Source: an uncultured bacterium (lineage in GTDB: Bacteria; CSSED10-310; CAZUFC01). Taken from it: a DNA stretch of 48,262 nucleotides. The position numbers and the translations under genes are program-made. Location of the stretch: the NCBI GenBank assembly GCA_964619725.1, contig CAZUFC010000063.1, positions 1-48,262 on the forward strand, in the 5' to 3' direction. Positions 48,200 to 48,262 of the stretch are shown here, piece by piece. Position 1 is the stretch's first letter; each line of letters opens with the position of its first letter. The notes under the pieces were generated by a model that ran no database searches, had not been told where the DNA came from, and saw only the letters and a list, made by a program, of their open reading frames with translations.

Positions 48200-48262
48200 T
48201 TATTCAACAATTTCAGTGACAACGCCGGCGCCGACGGTTTTCCCGCCTTCACGAACGGCGAA
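48200..48262 (-). CDS. tuf: Elongation factor Tu, C-terminal end (truncated by the window edge)
   Basis: Hand translation FAVREGGKTVGAGVVTEIVE-stop matches the EF-Tu C-terminus, directly upstream of rpsJ. Confidence 0.95.
   Translation of the reverse strand, partial: FAVREGGKTVGAGVVTEIVE

Noticed and set aside
32260-48252. Many antisense or alternate-frame ORFs over ribosomal genes (e.g. 37374..38009, 42394..42933, 41366..41551, 48016..48252)
   Set aside because: Shadows of highly conserved genes. The last one is the wrong frame over the tuf end and rpsJ start.

Overview
Bacterial (diderm: LolA, TonB-dependent receptor) chromosomal window with three parts. (1) 289-12411 (+): a tightly packed 11-gene run joining a microcompartment shell hexamer and a DeoC carrying a likely encapsulation peptide to a pyrimidine-nucleoside phosphorylase, DNA-uptake genes (ComEC, two-domain ComEA), two membrane-anchored phosphoesterases (MBL-fold, DHH), Hpt, adenine deaminase and a Zn-dependent dehydrogenase. 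It reads as a candidate 'DNA-as-food' operon linking competence machinery to a sugar-phosphate metabolosome. The ComEC nuclease domain has lost its metal ligands, while an intact stand-alone paralogue lies two genes downstream. (2) 12786-31646: envelope genes, namely a large secreted protein with thioester-domain motifs, a 7TM-HD phosphodiesterase, a lipoprotein, lolA, ftsK, a GT-C-like membrane protein with an ILEI-like domain, a sulfatase-fold TPR protein, a TPR protein and a TonB-dependent receptor. (3) 32235-48262 (-): the conserved S10-spc-alpha ribosomal superoperon from the 3' end of tuf to rplQ. No rRNA, tRNA, CRISPR array or transposase was seen. All calls come from motif recognition by eye; no searches were run.
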